Shown: positions 1-11,147, numbered from the stretch's first letter. The stretch is 64,000 bases of DNA from Planctomycetota bacterium (GCA_965248445.1 CBDFJG010000003.1:192001-256000), one strand, 5' to 3'. Numbers and translations are program-made. The notes: generated by a model not told the origin, from the sequence alone.

Positions 1-3000
1 AGGTGGATGTCGTCGCACTGCCCCGTGTCGGTCGCCAGCGGCGTCAGAAACTCGAACTGCGCATCCAGATCGATCGTACCGGCGGTACCGACGAGCAAGC
101 GCAGTGCGCGCAGGGACGTCGCGCCGTTCGTCGGTGCCGTGCGCGCACCGACCAGGATGTCGAGGACACCGTCTCCGGTGACGTCTCCCACCGTCAACGC
201 GTCGCTGCGCAGATTCTCGTTCCCTGCCACCGGCGTCGTCGGGAGGACCGCGAGGGAGACGTTCGTGAAACCCGACCCACCGTTCCCCGGGTCGCCGTCG
301 TTCCGCAGGACGCGCAGCGCGCTCCGCTGGAAGCCCGGCGCTGCCCCTTGATAGGCGTCGAGCGAGAGCGCGTGCAGCAGGACGAGATCGGGATCGTCGT
401 CGCCGTCGAGATCCGCGAAGGCGAGGCGGTCCGCGTGGAAGAACTCGGGTGCTGTGCCGGTCGGCAACCAGGACGACGTCTCGTCGGTGAAGACGCCTGC
501 GCCATCGTTGATGAGTATGCGGGTCGCGATGCGCGCCGAGTCGGTGCCGTCGAGCCCCTTTGGCGTGACCTCCGTCGGGTCGTCGAACGTCATGACGACG
601 TCGAGGTCGTCGTCCCCGTCCAGGTCCACCAAGGCCACGTCGCGCGCGACCAATGCGGGCGACGGCGTCGCATCGGCGCTCGTGCCGGCGGATGGGAACG
701 CCGCGTCGGTAACGTCCACAAAGCCATCGCCCTGGTCGATGCGGTTCTCGAGGACCCGCGTCGCCGGCGAGTAGTGCGTCTGGTTGACGACGTTCGCCGC
801 TGCATCCGTGGAGGAGATGTACGGAGGCGTCTCGCCAAAGTCCACGGCCGACGGGTCGATCCTCACGAACTGCGACAGGTGGCGGTCCCGCCCGAGGATC
901 ACGTCGAGATCCCCGTCGTCGTCGATGTCGCCGAGCGCCATCGCTGTGGGCAGGCCATCGACTGTTTGCGCATCGAGCACCCGTTGCTCGATCTCGAACT
1001 CGTCCTCCGCAACCACCGCTGCGAGATAGAGGGAAGCGGGCGCGTCGTCCTCCTCGAGTGAGAAGACGCCGTCTCCGTCGTTCGTGAAGAACCTGAACTC
1101 CGACACGTCCTCGGTGTCCGGGGACGGCCCGGCGATCAGGAGGTCGCCGCCGTTCAGATCGTCCACGTCGCCCAGCGCAACGCACGTTGCGGACCAGTCG
1201 TCCAGCCCCGTCGTGTCCGTGCCGGCGTCAGGGATCGCATCGCCCGTCTCGTCGGTCCACGCGCCCGCGCCGTCGCCGAAGAGCACCCTCAGGCGCTCGC
1301 TGCGCGTGCCCGGAGACGTCGTGTGCGAGACGAGCGCCAGGTCGTCGTCGTCTCCGTCTCCGTCGAGATCTCCGACCACCGCCCGCAGGGCACCGAGGTC
1401 GTCCGTCGCGGTGCGACCAGGTGTACGGGCCGCGGTCGCGTCGTCTGCGCCCGCGTAGCGCAGCGCGCCGGTCGCCGTGGTGGACTGCCCGAGCGCGTCC
1501 GTGACGACGACGTCCTGGAGGCCCGGCGCTCCCGCGGGCGCCGAGACCTGCAGCTCCGTGCTCCCGGCGACGCCGACCGCCGCGTTGGTGCCGCCGATGG
1601 TGACCGAGTCGAGTTCGTGCAGAGAGCTGCCGAGGATCCGAATCGTGGTCGAACCGTGGCGGCTGACCTCCGTCGCGCTGAGCGCCGGGCCGATGCGAGC
1701 GTCCACGGTGTCGATCACTCCCACCGCCTTGATCCGCAGCGGCGGCGCCTGGCCTCGCACCCCATATCGGTCTTCGATGACGAGGTCGTACTCACCGTCG
1801 GGGAGAGCCGGTGGCGTGAAGCTGAGGAGGTTCTCCGTTCCGAACAGGAACGGGACCGCCTGTCCGTCGAAGAGCAGCACGTCGTCCAACGAGAATGCCT
1901 GGCCGGAGACGATGACGTCGCGCGAGCCGTCCGTCGGAGCCACCGGCGGCGCGTACGGCGCGGCCCCGAACTGCGGCGGGACCTTGTACTCGTAGTCGAA
2001 CGGCGAGAAGCCCTCCTGCCGGAACGAGTCGACGACGAGGATCTGCACGAGACCCGGGTCGCCGGGAGGCGCCGTCACTTCGAGCAGAGTCGGGGACAGG
2101 ATCAGCGGGATCACGGCGGCGTTCTGTTCGCCGAAGCGCACCAGGTGTCCGGTCTCGAAGTGATCGCCCGTGAGACGGAGACGGCGGCCGCCCGCGGTGC
2201 TGCCGCCCCGTACGGAAGTGCCAGCGAGGTCGGTGAGGTCGGTCACCTCCGCCGGGATCACGTACTCGAAGTGGTCCTCGCTGACGGAGCCTTGTCCGTC
2301 GGGGTTGACCACGGACACCGACACGAGTCCGAGGGCCAGGGGGGCCGGCGCCGTGACCTCGAGGAACCCGCCTGTCGGGTCGACCAGCGGGTCGAGCCCG
2401 CGCCGGCTTCCGAAGAACACCGCCGGCCGCTCGATGGGCGAGAAGTTCCAGCCGTCGAGCCGCATCCGCGTCCCCTCGATACCACGCAACGGGCCGTTCT
2501 GGGGGAGCGGCAGATGCGGTTCGACCTTCGACAGTTCGCGCGGCTTCCTGCTGCTCGCCCGCTGCGGTGGACGCACGCTCAGCGTCAGGTCGTACGCGCC
2601 CGAGTCCCCGTCGCTCCCAACAGTCCGTTCGTACTTCCCATTGCCCTGGTCGAGCAGCAGTTTCGAGAGGCGCGCCTTGCGGCGCCGGACGGTCACCTCG
2701 TCCGCGAACGGGCTGCCTGACGGTCCCGTCACGTCGCCGTCCGGACCTCGGAGCGAGAGCGGCAATCCCGTGGCGCCGCCGCGTGCACTCTTCACGATGA
2801 CGCTCAGAGTCGCGCCGTCGACAGCGTCGAACGAGTGCATGAGCGCATCCGGGAAGGCGCCGCCGAACTCGTTTCCCCGCGACTTCGTCTTGCCGGGCGA
2901 ACGGATCGAGAATGAGATCGTGTACGGACCCTCGGAGTCGCGCAGTCCCGAGACGCGCACCGCCCACAAGCCAGTCTTGTCGACAGTGAACCGCCGCAGC

Positions 3001-3311
3001 TTCACCTTCTTCTGGAGCGGACCCGATGGGAGTCCCGCTTCGACTGAACGGTCTTGCCCGTCCGGGTCGACCAGCGAGAGGAGTGGCGACAAGCCCGACT
3101 GGAAGTTCGCCTTGACCGTCGCCTTGAGCGACTCCCCCGCGAAGAGCGCGACCACGTAGTCGTCCGTGTCGTCGCCCTGTGGCCCGTCCGCGATGTGAGT
3201 CTTGTACCGGTTGCGTCCGATCGGTGGGCCGACGGCGTCGGCGCCGTGGGCGACGTCCGCCAACGGCAGTGCGGCCGCGGTCAGGGCCAGGGATCGGTGG
3301 CGTGTCGTCAT
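1..3311 (-). CDS. Secreted IPT/TIG + FG-GAP (DxDGDG) repeat protein, paralog 1 (3' end lies outside the window)
   Basis: Manual translation from ATG at 3311 gives MTTRHRSLALTAAALPLADVAHGADAVGPPIGRNRY..., then VSVVNPDGQ (IPT) and several GDIDDDGDLD motifs. It is colinear with the 6742-10227 protein. Absent from the ORF track because there is no stop in the window. Confidence 0.85.
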   Translation of the reverse strand, partial: MTTRHRSLALTAAALPLADVAHGADAVGPPIGRNRYKTHIADGPQGDDTDDYVVALFAGESLKATVKANFQSGLSPLLSLVDPDGQDRSVEAGLPSGPLQKKVKLRRFTVDKTGLWAVRVSGLRDSEGPYTISFSIRSPGKTKSRGNEFGGAFPDALMHSFDAVDGATLSVIVKSARGGATGLPLSLRGPDGDVTGPSGSPFADEVTVRRRKARLSKLLLDQGNGKYERTVGSDGDSGAYDLTLSVRPPQRASSRKPRELSKVEPHLPLPQNGPLRGIEGTRMRLDGWNFSPIERPAVFFGSRRGLDPLVDPTGGFLEVTAPAPLALGLVSVSVVNPDGQGSVSEDHFEYVIPAEVTDLTDLAGTSVRGGSTAGGRRLRLTGDHFETGHLVRFGEQNAAVIPLILSPTLLEVTAPPGDPGLVQILVVDSFRQEGFSPFDYEYKVPPQFGAAPYAPPVAPTDGSRDVIVSGQAFSLDDVLLFDGQAVPFLFGTENLLSFTPPALPDGEYDLVIEDRYGVRGQAPPLRIKAVGVIDTVDARIGPALSATEVSRHGSTTIRILGSSLHELDSVTIGGTNAAVGVAGSTELQVSAPAGAPGLQDVVVTDALGQSTTATGALRYAGADDATAARTPGRTATDDLGALRAVVGDLDGDGDDDDLALVSHTTSPGTRSERLRVLFGDGAGAWTDETGDAIPDAGTDTTGLDDWSATCVALGDVDDLNGGDLLIAGPSPDTEDVSEFRFFTNDGDGVFSLEEDDAPASLYLAAVVAEDEFEIEQRVLDAQTVDGLPTAMALGDIDDDGDLDVILGRDRHLSQFVRIDPSAVDFGETPPYISSTDAAANVVNQTHYSPATRVLENRIDQGDGFVDVTDAAFPSAGTSADATPSPALVARDVALVDLDGDDDLDVVMTFDDPTEVTPKGLDGTDSARIATRILINDGAGVFTDETSSWLPTGTAPEFFHADRLAFADLDGDDDPDLVLLHALSLDAYQGAAPGFQRSALRVLRNDGDPGNGGSGFTNVSLAVLPTTPVAGNENLRSDALTVGDVTGDGVLDILVGARTAPTNGATSLRALRLLVGTAGTIDLDAQFEFLTPLATDTGQCDDIH

Positions 3312-3487
3312 GCGTAGGTTGGGGGATACATCGGTCCGGCGCCGTGCAACGACCCTCCCGCCGTCCCCAACCGCAGGCGGACCGGACGTGCGGTCGAATC
3401 GACCGGAGGCCGGGTCCACGGCGAGTGAATCATCCGTCGCGTGGCGCTGTCTTACCGTAGGACCGGGTGCGCGCCCCGTCAAGGCGC

Positions 3488-6400
3488 CTACCTCACCCAG
3501 TCGAAGAGCCTGAAGAACTCCGAGTTCAGACTGGTCGCAGGCTGGTCCTCGCCTATCAGCAGGATCGACGGGACGCCGTCTCCGTCGATGTCTCCGACCG
3601 CCAGGGCGTGGACCCTCTCCCGTGTCGGCGTCGGTGCCGAACACGTAGTCCTCCTGCAGCGAGAAGGCGATCCCGGCCGCGCCCCACAGGATGCGCGTCG
3701 AGTTGACCGTGCCGCCCGCGTCCGCCAGCGCCTCGTCGGTGCCGACGATCAGGTCCGGATTCCCGTCGAGATCGATGTCGGTGACCGCGATCGCGCGGCC
3801 ACGGAAAACGCCCGCGGATCCGCCCGGGACCGCGGGCAGCGCGGAGGTGGTGACGTCGACGAACGCGGTGCCGGTGTTCTCCAAGATTCGCAGCGAGGAG
3901 CGCGAGTAGGACGCAGCCTGGGCCTTCCACTCGTTCAGGGCACGGCGATGGATGAGGATCACGTCGAGGTCCAGGTCGCCGTCCAGGTCGTGCAGCACGA
4001 CCTTGTGCGCCTGCCAGAATTCGACTCCCGCTCCCGCGGGCATCCACGTCGCCGTCCCGTCGGTGAACGTGCCGGTACCGTCGTTGATGAGCACGCGCGT
4101 GGCGACGACGGGCTGCGCATCCACGGCGTACACGTAGTTGTACGTTCCGTACGTGTACCGGCGGTAGTAGCCGTACGACGTCGCGGCGGAGATGGGCAGA
4201 ACCTGCGCGGGGTTGTTGTAGGTCAGCACGACGTCGAGGTCGGTGTCGTTGTCGACGTCTCCGAGCGCCAGGCTGCGCGCCGGGAAGGCCGGCAGCGGCA
4301 CCGCCTGCCCGACGATCCCGACGGACGGGACGGCGGTGGCCGTCACGTCCAGGAAGCCTCCGGACGTGTCGATGTCGTTGTCGAACACGCGCGTGCCCGA
4401 GTAGTAGCGGCCCTCTTGCGCGACGACGAGTTCGCTGGTGTGGATGTAGTACGGATAGGGGGACTTCGGACGGACCGGCCCCGGCTCGAAGAACGCGTAG
4501 CGATACCCGAAGCCCGCCCAGCCGGCCACGACATCGTTGTCGCCGTCGCCGTCCACGTCACCCACCGCGATCGTCGAGATGCTCGACGGCATGGTTCCCG
4601 CCTCGGTGATGTTGTGGATCGTGCTCTCGTCCGGGTCCTCGTCGTCGCCCGGCACCGTGTAGTTCTCGTCGACTGCGACGATCAGTGGCAGCGAGAACTG
4701 CGGCGGGCTCCAGGCCTCCTGCAACGAGAACGAACCGCCTCCGGAGTTCCGCATCATGAGGACTTCGGGATAGGCGCCGCGCAGGTCGCCGTTGCCGTTC
4801 GACCCGCCGAGTATCAGGTCCACGCCGTTGCTGCCATCGACGTCGCCGAGAGCTACGGCGCGCGCATTCCAATCGCCGAACGTCGTGGAGTCTGTTCCCG
4901 CGTCCGGGATGTTCGAGTCGGTGCGGTCCTGCAAGACGCCGCCCGCACCGGAGATGAACACGCGCGTGTACTCGGTGCGGCTGCCGATCGGGTTGTCGAA
5001 CACGTCGTGCCAGTTCAATCCGTCGTAGAAATACCCGGGATAGGCGCGCGAGTTCCGGTTGTACGTGACGATCACCACGTCGTCCTCGCGGCCGTCCACG
5101 TCGAGGTCGCCCACCGCCAGGTCCCAGGCGGAGAAGTCGTCGACTGGACTGCCCGCGGGCACGACGGTGGTCGTGCCGTTGTCGAAGCCGACACGGCGAA
5201 CGACGCCCGGGACGATCTGCACACGTCCGAACTCGTCGGTGTGCTGCAGATCGGCGAGCCCGGCCTGGCCGGGAGGAACGGTGACGCGGTAGCTGGTCGC
5301 GGTCGCGTTGTTGCGCGTGACGGGTACGCCGCCGACGGTGGCCGTGTCGATCGGCAGGAAGTTCCGCCCCGTCACCTCGAGGACGTTGCCGCCGAGGCGC
5401 GTGATCTCGTTGCCGTTGATCACCGGGCCGCTGACGATCGCGACGTCGTCGATGACCGCCTCAGCCACGTAGATGATGTAGTCCGTGTGGAACGCCGACT
5501 GATTGTCGGGGTTGACCACGATGAGATCCTGCAGCGCTCCGTCGTCGCCGGGCGGAACGACCACGTCGATCGTGCTGCGGTCACCGCCGACGCGGAGCAC
5601 CTCGGCTTCGAAGGGCCCGAAGAAGACCGTCGGCACCGGGTTGATCGAGAAGTTGCGCCCGGTGATCGTGATCGGCTGGCCCGCTGCGCTGCGAACGGGC
5701 GACGAGACGCTGTCGAGATGCGGGTCGTTCACGGCAGTGATGTTGTCCACGCCACTCGCGCGGGCCGGGGGCTGCAGCTTGATCGCGACGCTGTACCGCG
5801 CGCTGCCATTCGGGATCCCGAGCGTCAGGTCGTAGTTGCCGTCGCCCGCATCGAGCAGGTGTTCGTTCAGACGCGCGGTCGACTTCTTGAGCGTGATCGC
5901 CGCGTCGTCCTCGCCGAAGATGCCGCTCACGACTCCGGCGGGGCCGCTCAGGTCCTCGAGTTGGACGGGCGTGTCCTTCTTGCGCCACTTGAGAAGTAGA
6001 TTCACCCGCGTGCGGTCCATCGCGCCGAACGAGTGCGTCTCCTGATCCGGGGTGCCCGCGAGATCGCGCTTCTTGAGCTTGATCGTCGGAGGCGCCTTGA
6101 CCTTGAACTTCGCGCTGTACGCGCCCTCGGTGCGGCCGATCGGGATGAGGCGGACGGTCCAGGGGCCCAGTTCGTCCACGGTGAACCACTTGAGAGTGAC
6201 CTTCTTGCCACCCTTCTTCGACTTGATGTTGGCGTCGTCCGTGCGGTCGTCGCCGGACGGATCGATGATCGCAACCTCGAGCAGGACGTCCGAGTCCTTG
6301 GCCTGCTTGACCTTGGCCTGGAACCGCTCGCCGGGGACGAGCTCCGCCACGAATTCGTCCACGTCCTCGCGGTCCGTGAGCGACTGGATCTCGGACGTGA

Positions 6401-6518
6401 TGGTGTTGTTCCCGAACTCGGGACCGAAGCCTCGCTCGCCGGCTCTGGCCGGGGCGATCAGCGTCGCAACGCCGAGCACCGCGGCGAGTAGGGAGACAGA
6501 CAGTCGAGCGCAATTCAT
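3488..6518 (-). CDS. Secreted IPT/TIG + FG-GAP repeat protein, paralog 2, with a +1 frameshift near 3615
   Basis: ATG at 6518 gives MNCARLSVSLLAAVLGVATLIAPARAGERGFGPEFGNN..., with IPT motifs and GDVDGDGDND repeats. Removing one G in GAGGGTC near 3615 restores DTGEVHALAVGDIDGDGVPSILL...RLFDWVR* (stop 3488-3490), which matches the C-terminus of paralog 3. Confidence 0.82.
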
Positions 6519-6704
6519 CGCGTGTACATCTCCCTGACGCCGCCAGGGGCGTTCACGACCGGACTGACTGGCGAGACGGGCCGACCCTGCGGAGCCGGCG
6601 CTGAATGAGCGTCCACCGCGAATATAGCCTCCGGAGCCATCAGGGTGAGAGGAGGACCCGGCCACGGGTCGATCCGGGCACCCGGCCCGCTCGGGACGCC
6701 GGAT

Positions 6705-6752
6705 TCTGGCTACTCGGATCTCTGGCTACTCGGATCCCTGTCTACTCCGAGC
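6705..6752. repeat. 16-bp tandem repeat TCTGGCTACTCGGATC x2 plus a degenerate third copy
   Basis: Exact copies at 6705-6720 and 6721-6736. The degenerate copy at 6737-6752 overlaps the stop codon of paralog 3. Confidence 0.8.
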
Positions 6753-9700
6753 GGTCCGAGATCCGGAGCGCGTCCCCGGTCGCCCCGTTGGCCGGCCCCC
6801 GCTCGGTCAGCACGTAGAGGGACAGGCCGCCGTCTCCGTCCGGGTCCCCCAGGAGCAGGTCATTGGCCTCGCCGCTGTCGACCGAGACCGGGGGCAGGAA
6901 CTGGTCCGCCCGCCGGAACACCAGCGCTCCGTCTCCCAGCAGGAGGCGGGTGGAACGTAGACGCTCCCCGGGGCCCGTGCCGTCGAAGATCGCCGACGTC
7001 GTGCCGACCAGGATGTCCAGGTTCCCGTCCCCGTCCACGTCCTCGACGGTGAGCGCGTCGCCGCGCAGGTCGTCGGAACTACTGGTCCCGGAGAACGACG
7101 GTAGCGACGTCGCCGTCACGTCGACGAACCCGGTGGGACTGCCGTCGTTGCGCAGCACGCGGAGCGCGTGCCTCGTCGTGGACGAGGTCCCCAGGTGCGC
7201 CTCGAGATTGCGGTCGAGCGTCATCACGAGATCGAGGTCGAAGTCGCCGTCCAGGTCGTGCAGGACCAGGCGGCTCGCGTGCCACCACTCTGGGCTCAGC
7301 CCCGGCGGCAACCAGCTCGACGTCACGTCCGTGAACGCGCCGCTCCCGTCGTTGGTGAGCACCCGCGTCGCCACGCGCGCCGGATCGTTGCCGGAGTACA
7401 GACCGAACGCCGAGACCGACAGCGGGTTGTCCCAGGTGAGCACCATGTCGAGATCGCCGTCGCGGTCCACGTCTCCGAGCTTCAGGTCGCGCGCGTGCAT
7501 CGCGGGCACGACGGCGGTGACGCTGTCTCCCACCGCGGGCATGCTCGACGCCGTCGCATCGCCCCATCCGCCGCCGTTGTCGAGATCGTTGATGAACACC
7601 TTCGTCGCGGAGTAGTAGTAGACGTTGTACGAGAGGCTGTTGTTGGCGTTCGCAGACGTGACGTACGGCGGAGTTTGCGTGAAGTCGACGTTGACGGGGT
7701 CCACGTAGGCGTATGTCGCGTCGTACCAGTCGCGGGCGACCACCAGGTCCAGGTCGCCGTCATCGTCCAGGTCTCCGAGGTCCATCGCGGTCGGCATTCC
7801 GTGCACGTACAGCGGCGAGAAGACGAGGTGCCGCGTCGCATTCTCGTCCGTGGCGTACACGGCCGCGTAGTAGCCGGTCGGCAGCACGTCCGTCGTCTCG
7901 AGCGTCAGGTGGCCGTCGCCCGAGTTCGTGAAGATGCGAACGTCGTTGTAGTACGTGTAGTCGGGCGAGACCCCGCCCACGAGCACGTCGGGACCGCCTG
8001 TGTCGTCTACGTCGCCCACCGCCAGGCAGTTACCGTTCCAGTTGTCGGTCCCGGACGGATCCGTGTTCGCGAACGGAACGTGCGTGGCCGTGCGGTCCGC
8101 CAAAATTCCGTCGGCGTCGCCCAGGAACAACCGCGTGTAGACCGAGCGCAGTCCCGGCGAGTTGGACACACCCGAACCCGGCGTGCGGAAGCCGCGATAG
8201 ACGTTGTTGCGCTCGACGCTGTACGAGGTGATGACCAGGTCGTCGGCGTCCCCGTCTCCGTCGAGGTCGCCCAGCGCGCCCCGCCAGCCGCTCAGATCAT
8301 CGACCACGCCGCCGAGCGGTGCGCGCGAGCCGCTGACGTCCCCGAACCCGAAGCGGCGCAGTGCGTCCGCGAGCAGGTCTCCGCGTGCGATTTCGTCCAC
8401 GACCTCGATATCCAGCAGGCCTAGCGTGCCGGGCGGCGAGAGGAACCGGAACGAGTCGAAGTCACGGTCGGTCACCGCGACCTCGACGCCACCCACGGTC
8501 ACCGTGTCCTGAGAGTGGAAGTCGCTCCCCGCCACCTCGACGAGTGCACCACCGTTCAGCGGAACGCCATCCGTGCCGGAGTACGAACCGCCGGCGAACG
8601 AGATCGAGCCGATGGAGGGGGCGCCCTTGACGACGAACTCCGTCGCTGGGGAGAGCGTGCGGAGGCGATCCTCCAGTTCGATCGAGTAGCCGCCACGCGG
8701 GAGCGATGGGACGTCGAACGTGAACGTGCCCGGATCGAGCAGCGTTCGCGCCGTTGCCTGTCCGTCGAAGTAGAACACGTCGGAGTCCAGGAAGCCTGAG
8801 CCGGTGACGGTGACCGTGATCGGCGTCGAGGGATCACCGAACGAGGGCGCGTAGGGCTGCGCGTCGAAGAGCGGCGGCGCCTTGTACTCGAACGTCCCCG
8901 GAGCGGTGCTCGCGCGATCGAAGGCATCCACGACCCGGATGGAGACGAAGCCAGGGGCCTGCGCCGGCGAGCGCACCGTCAACTCGGTCGTGCCCGTAGC
9001 TCCGAGGACGGTGCCCTCGAACACGCCGAAGAAGACCTGCTGCGCGATCCCCAGCTCCTCGCCCGTCACGATGAAGTTCTGTCCGCCGAGTGTGCTGCCG
9101 CCCACCGCCGGATCGCGATCGAGGTGCAGGATGCCGGTCGCGACGGGTGGCCGCGAGAACTGGAAGTACCCGTTGCGCGAGACCGCCTGGCCGTCCGGGT
9201 TGATCAGCGTGACGCGGACGACACCGGCGCCCGTGGCCGGCGCCCGGACGTCGATCTGCGCCCCTCCGGGCGCCACCTGCACGTCAGTGCCCGGGAAGTC
9301 TCCGAACAGGACCTGCGGCGCCTCATCCTCGGAGAAGTCGGCACCCGTGAAGCGAACCGCCTCGCCGCGGACTCCGCGGATGGGTCCGGACACCGGATCC
9401 AGCCACGGCTCGGTGGCAGAGAGCGTAATGGTCTTGCGCGAGGACGCCCGGTCGAGCGGTCGAATGCGCGCGCTCAGCGTGTACGTGGACTGTCCCCCGA
9501 CGATGGACACGCCGGCCGCATACAGTCCGTCGCCGCCGGCCAGCGTGGCCGACGCGAGCCGCGTGCGGCGCTTCTTCGTCACGGCCTCGTCGGCTGCATC
9601 CCCGGAGTCTCCAGCGACCGGATCGCCCGCCGGGTCGTCCAGCCGGGTCAGCGCGACCGCGGAGTCCCGCTTGGCCCACCGAATGTCCAGGCGGATGTCG

Positions 9701-10227
9701 GACGGATCCACGGCGTCGAGCAGATGCTGCCCCGTGAGTGGATCCGCGCCGCCGAGGTGCCCCGGAATCTGGATGTCCGGAGCCGGGCGGACCTTGAAGC
9801 GCAGCTTGTAGGCACCCTCGCTGAGATCGCGGCCGATCAGGCGCACCGTCCAGCGGCCGGTCTGGTCCACGGAGAACTGTCGGAGCGCGACCTTGCGGCT
9901 GTTGCGCGTCGTCTTCAGCTCCGGCTGCACGACGGTGTCGTCCGGGCGCAGCAGTACCAGCCCCGGCTTGAGGTCGGTCTTACGCCCGGCGACCACGATG
10001 ACCGTGAGCTGCTCACCCTTCGCGAGCGCGCCGACGTAGTCGTCGAGGTCGGGCACGCCGTCCCGACCCTGGATCGACGAGGAGTACCGGGTGTTCCCGA
10101 TTGGGGGTCCGTACTCGGCGGTGCCTGCGGGTGCCGGGACGCTCCAGCACAGAGCGACGAGGGCCCAGCACAACACCGTGTTGAGACGCGCAACTGCGAA
10201 ACGGGCAGCGATCGGGCGATGCCTCAC
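6742..10227 (-). CDS. Secreted IPT/TIG + FG-GAP repeat protein, paralog 3
   Basis: The 1173-aa ORF probably starts at GTG 10227. It has a signal peptide, basic beta-rich N-terminal domains, about four IPT/TIG-like units (VTLINPDGQ, VTGSGF, VAGSDF) and about seven GDLDGDGD-type repeats. Confidence 0.88.
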   Translation of the reverse strand: MRHRPIAARFAVARLNTVLCWALVALCWSVPAPAGTAEYGPPIGNTRYSSSIQGRDGVPDLDDYVGALAKGEQLTVIVVAGRKTDLKPGLVLLRPDDTVVQPELKTTRNSRKVALRQFSVDQTGRWTVRLIGRDLSEGAYKLRFKVRPAPDIQIPGHLGGADPLTGQHLLDAVDPSDIRLDIRWAKRDSAVALTRLDDPAGDPVAGDSGDAADEAVTKKRRTRLASATLAGGDGLYAAGVSIVGGQSTYTLSARIRPLDRASSRKTITLSATEPWLDPVSGPIRGVRGEAVRFTGADFSEDEAPQVLFGDFPGTDVQVAPGGAQIDVRAPATGAGVVRVTLINPDGQAVSRNGYFQFSRPPVATGILHLDRDPAVGGSTLGGQNFIVTGEELGIAQQVFFGVFEGTVLGATGTTELTVRSPAQAPGFVSIRVVDAFDRASTAPGTFEYKAPPLFDAQPYAPSFGDPSTPITVTVTGSGFLDSDVFYFDGQATARTLLDPGTFTFDVPSLPRGGYSIELEDRLRTLSPATEFVVKGAPSIGSISFAGGSYSGTDGVPLNGGALVEVAGSDFHSQDTVTVGGVEVAVTDRDFDSFRFLSPPGTLGLLDIEVVDEIARGDLLADALRRFGFGDVSGSRAPLGGVVDDLSGWRGALGDLDGDGDADDLVITSYSVERNNVYRGFRTPGSGVSNSPGLRSVYTRLFLGDADGILADRTATHVPFANTDPSGTDNWNGNCLAVGDVDDTGGPDVLVGGVSPDYTYYNDVRIFTNSGDGHLTLETTDVLPTGYYAAVYATDENATRHLVFSPLYVHGMPTAMDLGDLDDDGDLDLVVARDWYDATYAYVDPVNVDFTQTPPYVTSANANNSLSYNVYYYSATKVFINDLDNGGGWGDATASSMPAVGDSVTAVVPAMHARDLKLGDVDRDGDLDMVLTWDNPLSVSAFGLYSGNDPARVATRVLTNDGSGAFTDVTSSWLPPGLSPEWWHASRLVLHDLDGDFDLDLVMTLDRNLEAHLGTSSTTRHALRVLRNDGSPTGFVDVTATSLPSFSGTSSSDDLRGDALTVEDVDGDGNLDILVGTTSAIFDGTGPGERLRSTRLLLGDGALVFRRADQFLPPVSVDSGEANDLLLGDPDGDGGLSLYVLTERGPANGATGDALRISDRSE

Positions 10228-10376
10228 GCTGTCATACCTCCGCGGCCTCAGGACGGCCCACAATCGCTTCCCAGTCCTCGACCAGCGTAAGCACGGTGTG
10301 CAGCGCGGTCAAGGGGGCCGGTCCCGACCGTCCGGCCTCGTGGCGTGCCTGCCGCACGCGGTGTACGGTGCCGCAG

Positions 10377-11147
10377 ATGAGCGGTGCCGAGGCGCCCGAG
10401 GACCATCGCGGGGGGTCCCTCTACGACACCGTCGAGGGCCTGCATCTGCGGCAGTGGACAGCGCGCGTGGTGCTCCCGCTCGCGTTGCTGGCGTCGAACG
10501 GCGCCGGATTGCTGAATGTCGCCGCACTGCCCCGCCACGACTTTCCAGCGACGACGCTCGGCTGGCGGGCCGCGGCTGTCTCCCAGTTGTGGATTGTCGG
10601 CCTCGTCCTGGTGTTCGCCGCCGCGCTCCTGCGCATCGCCGGCAAGGGCGTGCTCGAGCGCAAGACTGCGGTGACCACCGGCGGCGCGTACCGGTGGTGC
10701 CGGCACCCGTTCTACCTGGCCGTCGTGATGGGCGGCGTGGGGACGTTCCTGCTCGCCGGCGGGCTGGGTGTGCTCGTCGCTTGCATCTGGGCCGTGGTCG
10801 CGTGTCCGGTGTACGCGTTGACGGTGGCCGGGGAGGAAGCGGGACTGCAGCGCCTGCACGGAGACAAGTGGCGGGCGTACGCCTCACGCGTACCCGCCTT
10901 CATCCCCTACCGCGGAGCCGCCGGACCGCAACCCGAGATGCCGGTCCACATCACGTGGCGAAACCTGCTCGACGAGCGCGAGCCGCCGCGGCTGATGCGC
11001 TTCCTCGGGAGCGCGGCGCTGGTCGGCGGGACGGCGTGGGGCGGCGCTCCGGGCATCGCGGTCGCGACGGGAGGCGCGATCCTGCACGCCCTGTCGCACC
11101 TGCTGCCGGGCGGACGACGTGCGCGCAGCGGGCGCGCCTCGGGCTGA
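10377..11147 (+). CDS. Isoprenylcysteine carboxyl methyltransferase / PEMT-like membrane methyltransferase
   Basis: Motif TTGGAYRWCRHPFY, EE..L...G..W..Y..RVP.FIP and several TM helices. ATG 10377 lies 7 nt after TACGGT. Confidence 0.8.
   Translation: MSGAEAPEDHRGGSLYDTVEGLHLRQWTARVVLPLALLASNGAGLLNVAALPRHDFPATTLGWRAAAVSQLWIVGLVLVFAAALLRIAGKGVLERKTAVTTGGAYRWCRHPFYLAVVMGGVGTFLLAGGLGVLVACIWAVVACPVYALTVAGEEAGLQRLHGDKWRAYASRVPAFIPYRGAAGPQPEMPVHITWRNLLDEREPPRLMRFLGSAALVGGTAWGGAPGIAVATGGAILHALSHLLPGGRRARSGRASG

Noticed and set aside
3..5999. Long plus-strand ORFs (3..1061, 1323..2720, 3441..5999) and many similar Arg/Val-rich ORFs across the window
   Set aside because: They are antisense or off-frame shadows of real genes in high-GC DNA and have no motifs.
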